A stretch of 64,000 bases of DNA from contig OZ246412.1 in NCBI GenBank assembly GCA_965231075.1, positions 463,282 to 527,281 of the forward strand, written 5' to 3'. Source of the stretch: an uncultured Candidatus Saccharibacteria bacterium (lineage in GTDB: Bacteria > Patescibacteriota > Minisyncoccia > RBG-13-40-8-A). Shown here piece after piece: positions 9,139 through 18,023 of the stretch. The translations under genes were made by a program, and so were the position numbers. Numbering within the stretch: the first letter of the stretch is position 1; every line of letters begins with the position of its first letter. The notes under the pieces were generated by a model. It was not told where the DNA came from. It did not search any database and was given only the letters and a program-made list of their open reading frames with translations.

Positions 9139-11670
9139 ATGAGTAAAGATTTCTTTCCGCAAAAACCTGAAATTAGACCCACTATTTACGCCTATGAACT
9201 TATAGGCGTTGATTCACATAAGGGCCTGTTTAAGGTTGGCTACACTGTTCGTAATGCACAAGACAGAGTCGCCGAGCAATTAAAAACTAGCCGGCTTAAA
9301 TATAAAATTGTTCTCGAAGAATTCGCTGTTAGAAACGACGGAACTGCCTTTACAGATCATGAAGTCCATCATTATTTGAAACGTCGTAGCATTAAGAAAG
9401 AAGACGGAGAATGGTTTAAATGCACCGTAAAAGATATCAAGTCGGCTATCAATGATATAAGGAATCGAAAATTTAGTGTTGAAACGCGGGGATCAAATTT
9501 TAAAATGCGTCCAGAACAGAAGGCGGCGGTAGAAAAAACAGCAGATTATTTTGCGAGTTATAAAAAAGAAAATCCCAGTAAAACACCGCATTTTTTATGG
9601 AATGCAAAAATGCGTTTTGGTAAAACTTTTGCAACCTATCAATTGGCGAAAAAGATGGAGTGGACAAAGATTTTGGTAATGACTTTTAAGCCAGCAGTAG
9701 AAAGTGCTTGGGATGACGATTTAAAGGAACATGTTGATTTTCGAAATTGGCAATTTGTTTCAGCATCAGAGGACACGCTTTGGCATAAAGATATTAATCC
9801 CAAAAAACCGTTCGTGTGCTTCGGTTCATTTCAAGATTATTTAGGAAAAAATAAAAGCACAGGCGGTGTCAAAACAAAAAATAAGTGGGTACATAAAACT
9901 AAATGGGATTGTATTGTATTTGATGAATATCATTATGGTGCGTGGCGAGAAAATGCCAAAGAACTTTTTGAAGCAGAAGATAAAAAAGAAAAAGAATTTG
10001 CCGAGGGTCAAGGACTGGAATATTTAGACGAAAAAACATTGCCCATTGAAACGGAGGCATATTTATACCTTTCGGGGACTCCGTTTAGAGCAATAGCATC
10101 TGGCGAATTTATCGAGGAACAGATTTATAACTGGACATACTCGGACGAACAAAAAGCTAAAAATTCTTGGAATGACAAAGAAGGTTCTAATCCGTATGCC
10201 CCTCTTCCGCGCATGGTAATGATGACCTATCAACTACCGGATTCAATTCGAGATATAGCAATGCAGGGCGAATTCAATGAATTTGATTTGAACTTGTTTT
10301 TCTCTGCGGAGGGCAAGGGCAGGAATGCAAAATTTGCTTATGAGGACGAAGTTCAAAAATGGCTCGATTTGATTCGGGGTTCATTTTTAGAAACAACGAT
10401 TGACAACTTAAAGCTTGGCGCAAAAAAGCCTCCAATGCCCTTTTCTCATGCGGAACTTTTGAGTGTATTAAATCACACACTTTGGTTTTTGCCATCAGTT
10501 GCTTCGTGTCAGGCAATGTATAATTTACTAAAGAAAAAACAAAATACTTTTTATCATGATTATGAAATCATTGTGGCAGCAGGTCAGAAAGCGGGTATCG
10601 GGTTAAAAGCACTTCCGCCAGTTTTGGAAGCCATGGAAGATCCGCTGGAATCAAAAACTATTACTTTAACTTGTGGAAAGCTTTTGACTGGCGTAACCGT
10701 AAGGCCGTGGACAGGTATTTTCATGCTTCGCAATTGTTCAACTCCGGAAACATATTTTCAAGCCGCTTTCCGTGTTCAGTCTCCGTGGATCGTCAAAAAC
10801 CCGGATAACAAATCTCCGAATAAAGAAGAAATTATCAAGCAAGAGTGTTATGTCTTTGATTTTGCGCCCAATAGAGCATTGAGACAAATTGCTGAATATA
10901 GCTGTCGTCTTAACGTAAACGAATCTAATCCAGAGGCAAAAGTGGCTGAGTTTATAAGTTTTCTTCCGGTGCTTGCATATGATGGGAGTGCCATGAAACA
11001 AATCGATGCAGCGGGAATTTTAGACATGGCAATGAGTGGTACTACAGCAACACTTCTTGCGCGACGATGGGAAAGCGCCCTACTTGTAAATGTCGACAAC
11101 AATACATTAAACAGATTAATGAATGACAAAGCAGCAATGGACGCGCTCATGAGCATTGAAGGGTTTAGAAATTTGAATCAAGACATTGAGACGATTATTA
11201 ACAAATCCGAGTCTGTTGAAAAGATAAAAAGGGAGACGAACGACAAAGAGTTATCCAAAAAAGAGAAGAGAGAGCTTACCGAGGAAGAAAAAGAATACAA
11301 GAGTCTCCGCAAGCGGGTGCAGGATAAGCTTATTAAGTTTGCTACTCGCATACCCGTCTTTATGTATCTTACAGATTATCGCGAAAGAACATTAAAAGAT
11401 GTGATTACAAAACTAGAGCCTGGATTATTTAAAAAAGTTACCGGATTAACTCAAAAAGATTTCGAATTACTTGTAAGTCTCGGGGTATTCAATAGTGCAC
11501 TGATGAACGATGCGGTTTATAAGTTTAAGCGATATGAAGACGCGAGTCTTGTTTATACTGGAATAAATAAACACGAAGGTGAAAAAATAGGTCTTTATGA
11601 TACTGTGATCTCACAAGGAGAACATCGAAACGAGTCCGAAAAAATACTTATAAATAATCCGGCTGAATAA
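9139..11670 (+). CDS. T5orf172/GIY-YIG-like domain fused to SF2 (ResIII/DEAH-type) helicase; Res-like subunit
   Basis: N-terminal YAYELIGVDSHKGLFKVGYT...R motif of T5orf172/GIY-YIG superfamily; Walker A AKMRFGKT, motif II VFDEYHYGA, motif III LSGTPF, motif VI QAAFRVQS; start codon 1 nt after methyltransferase stop. Confidence 0.75.
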   Translation: MSKDFFPQKPEIRPTIYAYELIGVDSHKGLFKVGYTVRNAQDRVAEQLKTSRLKYKIVLEEFAVRNDGTAFTDHEVHHYLKRRSIKKEDGEWFKCTVKDIKSAINDIRNRKFSVETRGSNFKMRPEQKAAVEKTADYFASYKKENPSKTPHFLWNAKMRFGKTFATYQLAKKMEWTKILVMTFKPAVESAWDDDLKEHVDFRNWQFVSASEDTLWHKDINPKKPFVCFGSFQDYLGKNKSTGGVKTKNKWVHKTKWDCIVFDEYHYGAWRENAKELFEAEDKKEKEFAEGQGLEYLDEKTLPIETEAYLYLSGTPFRAIASGEFIEEQIYNWTYSDEQKAKNSWNDKEGSNPYAPLPRMVMMTYQLPDSIRDIAMQGEFNEFDLNLFFSAEGKGRNAKFAYEDEVQKWLDLIRGSFLETTIDNLKLGAKKPPMPFSHAELLSVLNHTLWFLPSVASCQAMYNLLKKKQNTFYHDYEIIVAAGQKAGIGLKALPPVLEAMEDPLESKTITLTCGKLLTGVTVRPWTGIFMLRNCSTPETYFQAAFRVQSPWIVKNPDNKSPNKEEIIKQECYVFDFAPNRALRQIAEYSCRLNVNESNPEAKVAEFISFLPVLAYDGSAMKQIDAAGILDMAMSGTTATLLARRWESALLVNVDNNTLNRLMNDKAAMDALMSIEGFRNLNQDIETIINKSESVEKIKRETNDKELSKKEKRELTEEEKEYKSLRKRVQDKLIKFATRIPVFMYLTDYRERTLKDVITKLEPGLFKKVTGLTQKDFELLVSLGVFNSALMNDAVYKFKRYEDASLVYTGINKHEGEKIGLYDTVISQGEHRNESEKILINNPAE

Positions 11671-11719
11671 AATTTGGGTTATTTGTTTTCAATATATAAA
11701 ATAATCAAAAAATAATTTT

Positions 11720-12133
11720 ATGGAAAAGAAAATAACTGAAGACTTTGTTAAACATTCAATTATTAAGTGGTTATCGGCAAATAACTGGGGACATTTTCAG
11801 TTTGGCGGTTTGCACGAGCGAGGCGTTGATATTAGGGCGAAACACAATCAATATCCAATTTATTATTTTATAGAAACAAAAGGTCAAGGGAAAATTAGGC
11901 AGGCCGATGAAGTAGCATTTGTGTATTCATTAGGACAAATTATTACCAGAATGAAAACAAATAATACGAGAAATAAACATGCCTTAGGGTTGCCAGATAC
12001 AAGTGCAAAAATCGCCATCCGGCGTATTCCTTGGCAAATCGCTAAAAAGCTTTTGCTTTATGTGCTTTCCGTAGATCGCACCGGAAAAGTTAAACAATAT
12101 TCTTGGCAGGATTTAAAGAAAGTTCAGAAATAA
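11720..12133 (+). CDS. hypothetical small protein, possible PD-(D/E)xK fold
   Basis: 137 aa; GVDIRAK...YYFIETKG resembles D...ExK nuclease core; weak. Confidence 0.3.
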   Translation: MEKKITEDFVKHSIIKWLSANNWGHFQFGGLHERGVDIRAKHNQYPIYYFIETKGQGKIRQADEVAFVYSLGQIITRMKTNNTRNKHALGLPDTSAKIAIRRIPWQIAKKLLLYVLSVDRTGKVKQYSWQDLKKVQK

Positions 12134-12885
12134 AAAATTTAATCGGAAAAATTATGTTTATTTTTTTAGAGAGACAAAGAGGGAGATTGAATCAATGGTT
12201 AAAGAAAAAAACAACAATAGATTTTTCGGATTGGGGAGTTTTTATTTTATTCCTTGAAGGATTGTTTGCAATTATCTATTTAAATAAAGCCGCAAAAATC
12301 GCTGATATAATATCTGCCGTAGTCTTATGGTTTACTGCAATTGCGATATTGCAGTATACAAAGGAGACATACTGGTTGAAGCAAATACAAAACAAGCAAA
12401 TCAAAGAATTAAGAAAAAGCAGATGTTTAGAAAAAATGCCCATGATAAGAATTGTTTCTATGGACATAGAGAAGAAACCTCCAATACCCAAAGTTGATCC
12501 GTCAAGGATTCCACCAATAAAAGATAAAAATTTCTATAAAATCATTTATAAAAATATCGGAGAAGATTGGGCATTTATAAATAGCATCACAATGTGGGTA
12601 GGAAATCCGGCACCAGAAAAAGAGATCGTTTTTGAAGAACACGCATTCAAGAAAACTCTATTCAGAAACGAGGAAGATATTGTCGTTACTTACAATATAG
12701 AGAAAAAACAAAACGGCGAATTATTGCTTTTTCCCCGTAAAATAGAAATATCATTTTCTGATAGGTATGGAAATAATTTTGTTTATAAAGCCGAAAAGAT
12801 TTTACAATTGGCCGAACCAACTCCATTTTTGGGCGTTAGAGACTATATCAAAGAAGAGATACAATATCCTTCTAATTTGAGATAG
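12103..12885 (+). CDS. hypothetical membrane protein
   Basis: 260 aa, two N-terminal hydrophobic helices; true start may be internal Met near 12154. Confidence 0.35.
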   Translation: MAGFKESSEIKNLIGKIMFIFLERQRGRLNQWLKKKTTIDFSDWGVFILFLEGLFAIIYLNKAAKIADIISAVVLWFTAIAILQYTKETYWLKQIQNKQIKELRKSRCLEKMPMIRIVSMDIEKKPPIPKVDPSRIPPIKDKNFYKIIYKNIGEDWAFINSITMWVGNPAPEKEIVFEEHAFKKTLFRNEEDIVVTYNIEKKQNGELLLFPRKIEISFSDRYGNNFVYKAEKILQLAEPTPFLGVRDYIKEEIQYPSNLR

Positions 12886-12940
12886 ACGATTAACAAAAAT
12901 TTAATTTTAGAAAACAACCCCATAATAAAGTTTAAAAATC

Positions 12941-13546
12941 ATGCACAGATTTAGAAATCCATTTATAGATATCGCTACATTGGTGGCTTTAATTATCAAT
13001 ACCATTGCTTTAATTGTGGTCATTTGGCAAACCATTATTGCGAAACGATCATTGGCTGTCACCAAAAAAAGTGTTGACGACGCAAAAACGCAAAGGCAAT
13101 TAGAAGCGCTTCCAAAATTCGCATGGGTAATTGAAATACAGGTGCAGTTAGAATGTTGGAAAAAGAGTTTACAAGAAAAAAGAGATCTGCTACAAAAAGG
13201 AATAGATGAAAAAAACAATGAAATGTTTAAAAAGGCAAGCGATACCAAAATAAAGAGTTCAAAAGATTTAGCCCTCAATAGATTTCTTTATGACAATATG
13301 CCCGCTTGGTTGCGAGAATTGTGGATGTCTGGTGTTCAATATTATTATGATGCGATAGCTGCACTACCCTATGTCTATAAAGACGAAAAACCAAACCATG
13401 ATTATGCTAAAAAATGGATAAAGGAGCGGTGTGGAGATTCATTACAAGCCATTTCAAAACTATTGGAATACTTTAAAGAAATGGTGCCACCTGTGATTTT
13501 AGACACGCCAGCAAGTTTGTCCGATAAAGATTTTTTGAGAGATTAA
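12941..13546 (+). CDS. hypothetical protein with N-terminal transmembrane helix
   Basis: 201 aa, TM helix LVALIINTIALIVVIW then charged coiled-coil-like region. Confidence 0.35.
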   Translation: MHRFRNPFIDIATLVALIINTIALIVVIWQTIIAKRSLAVTKKSVDDAKTQRQLEALPKFAWVIEIQVQLECWKKSLQEKRDLLQKGIDEKNNEMFKKASDTKIKSSKDLALNRFLYDNMPAWLRELWMSGVQYYYDAIAALPYVYKDEKPNHDYAKKWIKERCGDSLQAISKLLEYFKEMVPPVILDTPASLSDKDFLRD

Positions 13547-13578
13547 AGAGTGGAAAATAATAATAAAAAAATAAATTT

Positions 13579-14109
13579 ATGGATCAACTTAGTGGATTAT
13601 TTGGAAAATTGTTATTGTATTTGGGGCCAATTTTTATTGTGGCCTTAATAATTAAATATTTATTGCCAGAATTAATTAAGGCATTCAAGATAAGGAAGAA
13701 ATTTAAAGCTGGGCAAAAATGGAGTTCAGAAAAAGATTTAATTTATTGGTTGCGAGGAATGAAACCGTGGGAGTTTGAGGAATACATTTCTGGACTATTT
13801 TCAAAATTAGGTTATAAAATAGAAAAAGTCGGTGGAGGATATGATAAAGGAGTCGATGTTATTGCAGAGAAAAATGGAATTAAACACTATATCCAATGCA
13901 AGAAATACATAACTTCTGAAGTTGGAGTTGGCGAGGTTAGAGATTTTTATGGCGCAATTGCCGATCATTTGGCCCAAGGCAAGGGTTATTTCATAACCAC
14001 GAACAAATTCACCTTAGAAGCAGAAAAATTCGCTGAAAGCAAGCCAATCGAACTAATTGATTCTTATGGACTACTAAAGTATATTAAATTGGCAGAAGAT
14101 AAAAAATAA
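13579..14109 (+). CDS. membrane-anchored Mrr-like restriction endonuclease (Mrr_cat domain)
   Basis: N-terminal TM helix then YDKGVDVIAEK...IQCKKY (PD-(D/E)xK of Mrr family), GAIADHLAQGKGYFITT typical downstream segment. Confidence 0.65.
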   Translation: MDQLSGLFGKLLLYLGPIFIVALIIKYLLPELIKAFKIRKKFKAGQKWSSEKDLIYWLRGMKPWEFEEYISGLFSKLGYKIEKVGGGYDKGVDVIAEKNGIKHYIQCKKYITSEVGVGEVRDFYGAIADHLAQGKGYFITTNKFTLEAEKFAESKPIELIDSYGLLKYIKLAEDKK

Positions 14110-14111
14110 AA

Positions 14112-14798
14112 ATGCAAAAATTAGATAGAACGAAATATATTAGTGGAAAAAATCTCGGTGAATTGGCATTACAAAAATTTTGTCCAAGGTGTTTTTGGTT
14201 AAAAAGACACATTGGAGATACGCCGGGCGGTTTTCCTGGCATATTCTCCACTATCGATAGTTTAACCAAAAGAAGCACAAAGAGATCTTTTGATTCTAAA
14301 AATATTCCTCCACTTTGGTTAAAAATAAATGGTCTCAAAAAGGTTTTATCTGTTCCCAAGATAAAAGTTGATATGAGTGAGCATGGCGGATGGATTTTAA
14401 CTGGTGCCATTGATGATGCCTTTTTGAGAGATGACGGGACAGTGCATATCGTAGACTATAAGACCGCAAAGCATACAAAGACACAAGACGAATTACGACC
14501 AGAATACGATGTTCAATTAAATGCCTATGCACTTGCTTTACAAAAAATGGGGATTGGAAAGGTATCTCGTTTGTCTTTGATCTATTGCGAACCTAGTGAA
14601 AATTTAGATTCTGATAGTGATTTTAAATTATCTTTTAGTACACATATTGAAGATGTTGAAATAAACCCCGACCTTGTTCCCAAACTTCTGATTAAGGCAA
14701 GAAATATTTTAAATGCCGATATTCCCAATTCTATTGAAAAATGTACTGGTATTTGTTCGTGGATAGAAAAATACGACGTCAAAATGAGTAATTTATAA
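14112..14798 (+). CDS. Cas4/RecB-like PD-(D/E)xK nuclease with Cys cluster
   Basis: N-terminal CPRC, core GAIDDAF...VHIVDYKTAKH, C-terminal CTGICSW; architecture of Cas4/Dna2-type Fe-S nucleases; no CRISPR array nearby. Confidence 0.6.
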   Translation: MQKLDRTKYISGKNLGELALQKFCPRCFWLKRHIGDTPGGFPGIFSTIDSLTKRSTKRSFDSKNIPPLWLKINGLKKVLSVPKIKVDMSEHGGWILTGAIDDAFLRDDGTVHIVDYKTAKHTKTQDELRPEYDVQLNAYALALQKMGIGKVSRLSLIYCEPSENLDSDSDFKLSFSTHIEDVEINPDLVPKLLIKARNILNADIPNSIEKCTGICSWIEKYDVKMSNL

Positions 14799-14799
14799 A

Positions 14800-16308
14800 A
14801 TGAACGACGATTTATTGCAAAAATTAAAAGTCTGGAGACAAAACATGGTCAACATTGAAAAAGTTGAACCATTTCGAATTTTTACAAACAAAACATTGGA
14901 AAATATTGCAGAAATAAAACCATCAAACCGAGAGGAGCTGATGGCTATAAAGGGTATCAAAGATAGAAAATTTGCAAAATATGGAGAAAAGATTCTATCT
15001 ATAATCAATAATGGTGAAGAGTATCCAGAATTATTTAATAGTTCTCCAAACAAGCAACCCGACAAACCACTGTCTGTTAGTGCGTATATAGATTTGTTGA
15101 ATCATCAACTGAGCAAGTGTAGTGCCAGAATTAAGGGGGAAATTAGTAGTGTAGACACAAGAGATCGAGTTATATATTTCTCGCTCAAAGATTCAGACGA
15201 TGAGAGTATTATTAATTGTTTAATTTGGAAACGCGATTATAATTTGAGTGGCATTGAATTTGAGGTGGGCATGGAAGTTATTCTTGAAGGAACGCCCGAC
15301 ATGTACAAACCAACTGGTCGACTGTCGTTTAAGGCCTCATCGGTTGAGTTGGTTGGAGAGGGTGCCCTTAAAAAAGCATATGATCAATTGAAAAAGAAAC
15401 TCACCGCTGAAGGATTATTGTTAAAGGAGAGAAAAAGAGAAATTCCCAACCTTCCCCAAAAAATCGGAATAATTACTTCTCGACAAGGAGCAGTTTTAGC
15501 GGATTTCTTAAGTAATATTGGCCATTATGGTTTTAAAATTAAAATGATTGATTCTAGAGTCGAAGGACAGTCAGCTGTCACAGATTTACTGTCAGCCATT
15601 AAAACCATCAAGAAAAAAAATATTGAAGTTTTAGTTATCATGAGGGGCGGCGGTTCTTTTGAATCATTGCAGCCATTTAATAATGAATTATTAATTAGAG
15701 AGATTGTAAATTTTCCCGTTCCGGTAATTGCGGCAATTGGTCACGACAAAGACATGCCATTAGTTTCTTTGGTTGCAGACCTTGAAGTTTCCACGCCAAG
15801 CATTGCCGCCATTACGCTCAGCAAATCATGGAGGGAAGCCATTATGTTTTTAGAAAAGCATGAAAGAAGTATATTTGATAATTATGGAAATAACATAAAA
15901 AATACACACGACTTAATAAGTCAATCAATCGAGATAACTCGAGAATCCAGCGAATCTATTATCAAAAAATATAAAGATATTAAAAATAATTTTAGAGTCT
16001 CGGTCCAAATTTTTAAAAACACTTTATTAAATATTAAAGATGGTTTAACAGATTTTTGTAGCAAAACATTATTCGGTTTTAGCGGATTAGTTAAGAGAGG
16101 GTATCAACAACTGGAAAAATCGAGAAGCATTATCTCCGCGCATAATCCAGAACGACAATTGAGCCTGGGATACAGCATAGCTAGCATTGACGGCAAGATA
16201 GTTAAAAGCGTAAAAGATGCCACCGCGGGAAACAACATAAATTTAATGGTTACCGACGGAACGATTATTTCACAAATTAAAAATATAAATAAGAAATTAA
16301 TAAAATAA
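14800..16308 (+). CDS. xseA: exodeoxyribonuclease VII large subunit with N-terminal HRDC domain fusion
   Basis: residues ~1-80 match the HRDC pattern (LQKLKVWRQN..EPFRIFTNKTLENIAEIKPSNREELMAIKGIKDRKFAKYGEKIL); rest matches XseA (IGIITSRQGAVLADFL, VIMRGGGSFESL, AIGHDKD). Confidence 0.85.
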   Translation: MNDDLLQKLKVWRQNMVNIEKVEPFRIFTNKTLENIAEIKPSNREELMAIKGIKDRKFAKYGEKILSIINNGEEYPELFNSSPNKQPDKPLSVSAYIDLLNHQLSKCSARIKGEISSVDTRDRVIYFSLKDSDDESIINCLIWKRDYNLSGIEFEVGMEVILEGTPDMYKPTGRLSFKASSVELVGEGALKKAYDQLKKKLTAEGLLLKERKREIPNLPQKIGIITSRQGAVLADFLSNIGHYGFKIKMIDSRVEGQSAVTDLLSAIKTIKKKNIEVLVIMRGGGSFESLQPFNNELLIREIVNFPVPVIAAIGHDKDMPLVSLVADLEVSTPSIAAITLSKSWREAIMFLEKHERSIFDNYGNNIKNTHDLISQSIEITRESSESIIKKYKDIKNNFRVSVQIFKNTLLNIKDGLTDFCSKTLFGFSGLVKRGYQQLEKSRSIISAHNPERQLSLGYSIASIDGKIVKSVKDATAGNNINLMVTDGTIISQIKNINKKLIK

Positions 16309-16313
16309 ATAAT

Positions 16314-16547
16314 ATGCCAAAAGAATATGCCAAAAATTTAAATAATGATCTTAAGCGCTTATCGGAGATTACCGATTGGTTTAATAATCAAGAAGAAGTT
16401 GACGTAGAAGAGGGACTAAAAAAAGTGAAAGAAGCGGTCGGACTCATTAAGGCCAGTAAATCCAGACTTAAAGAGATAGAGAACGAATTTGAAGAAATTA
16501 AAAAGGAAATAGAAACAGAAGAAAAAACGGATGAAGAAAATAATTAA
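16314..16547 (+). CDS. xseB: exodeoxyribonuclease VII small subunit
   Basis: 77 aa, acidic helical protein directly downstream of xseA; LSEITDWFNNQE..VDVEEGLKKVKEAVGLIKASKSRL fits XseB. Confidence 0.75.
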   Translation: MPKEYAKNLNNDLKRLSEITDWFNNQEEVDVEEGLKKVKEAVGLIKASKSRLKEIENEFEEIKKEIETEEKTDEENN

Positions 16548-16562
16548 TGATTTTAATAAAAC

Positions 16563-17255
16563 ATGATTTCTCCCAAAGCAATAAAAGAATTCCAAGAAAT
16601 ATACAAGAAAGAATATGACAAGGAATTGACCCACGAAGAAGCAGCGGAGGCCAGCCGTAATTTGGCTGGCCTTTTTGAGATTTTATATAACAGCCACATC
16701 GCCGAACTTAAATTGAAAGAAAAACTGAAAAAATCTCCTAAGGGGTTTTCGTTAATGGATGGTCAAACCTATAACTGCGGCATTTGCCATGCCCAAATAA
16801 AAGACGAAGAACTTTGGTATGATAAATGGGGCAAAAAATGTTTGGCCTGCCAAGACGCAATCAATAAAAAAATCATTCCCGGGAAGATTTGTTATAACGA
16901 TAAATATTGGTATGCCACATGGGAACTTGAATCATATCTTAAATTGAAATCGCCGACGGTTAAAAAACTTATTCGACAAGGTGTTTTAAATGTTCGCATT
17001 ATACCCAAAAGTGGTTTTGAAGTTTTTCTTTTAAAAGAGAATGCTGATGTACTACCACCTAAAAATGTTTTAGAGCATGTTTCTGTGCCAACGAAAGGTG
17101 AAGAGAATACAATTACCATAACTCCTTGGTATGAAATTTATGATCCTAAAAAGGTACTTAGAAAATATAAGATTTGGCCATATTTAACAGCATTCCAGCA
17201 GTCCCCAAAAAATCATAAGCACTGTCGCATTTTGAAGGCAATGAAGAACTATTGA
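16563..17255 (+). CDS. hypothetical protein with CxxC...CxxC zinc ribbon
   Basis: 230 aa; CGICHAQ...KKCLACQ. Confidence 0.4.
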   Translation: MISPKAIKEFQEIYKKEYDKELTHEEAAEASRNLAGLFEILYNSHIAELKLKEKLKKSPKGFSLMDGQTYNCGICHAQIKDEELWYDKWGKKCLACQDAINKKIIPGKICYNDKYWYATWELESYLKLKSPTVKKLIRQGVLNVRIIPKSGFEVFLLKENADVLPPKNVLEHVSVPTKGEENTITITPWYEIYDPKKVLRKYKIWPYLTAFQQSPKNHKHCRILKAMKNY

Positions 17256-17279
17256 AATTAATCAAACCAAACAAAAATC

Positions 17280-18017
17280 ATGATTTATATTAAACTTAAA
17301 GGTAAAAATATGGTGTGTTTTGATGAAATCGAATTAGATAATTTGTATAAACAAAAACAATTTTTAGAAATTTTAAAGGAAATGTCTAGGCAAAATGTTA
17401 CATTTAACGACATAAGAAATGATGAACAAAAAATGTTAGATATCTCAAGTGCCATATCGCAAAACGCATCTAAGAGCAAAGAAGAACATGAATTTTTTTC
17501 GGCTTTTTACATATTCTTGAGATTTTATAAAAAAGACAGTAAGGTTTGTTTTGAATTAAAACATACTTTTGACTTTAAACAAACAATAGACACATTCGAA
17601 GACCTAAAAAAGGCAACAGAAGAAGATACTCTAAATGATTTCATTATTAAATCTGGAAACGAAATAAAATTATTTCAGTTAAAAAGATTTCGAGATGAAG
17701 CAAAAACCGACCAAGCACAAAGGTTTATAAAAAAAGTATTATTACATTACGGTAATAACCTGGGAGAAACAAATTTATTAATAATGCTAGAATCTCCAAA
17801 ATGGGGATCTGCCATAGAAGAGAAATTTTTTGAGAATATAAACAAAGAAATTAATAGCTTAAAACTGAAATCAGAATCACAAATACTAATTGCATATAAC
17901 GAAAATAATATGCACAGCGTTGTTGTTCAGGTCTATCCAAGACTCGCCAAATCACAAATTCCTCTAAAAATAAACTATAGGTCTCTATTGTCAGAATATG
18001 AAAAACGTCAAAATTAA
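17280..18017 (+). CDS. hypothetical protein
   Basis: 245 aa, charged/helical, no motif recognised. Confidence 0.4.
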   Translation: MIYIKLKGKNMVCFDEIELDNLYKQKQFLEILKEMSRQNVTFNDIRNDEQKMLDISSAISQNASKSKEEHEFFSAFYIFLRFYKKDSKVCFELKHTFDFKQTIDTFEDLKKATEEDTLNDFIIKSGNEIKLFQLKRFRDEAKTDQAQRFIKKVLLHYGNNLGETNLLIMLESPKWGSAIEEKFFENINKEINSLKLKSESQILIAYNENNMHSVVVQVYPRLAKSQIPLKINYRSLLSEYEKRQN

Positions 18018-18023
18018 ACTTCA

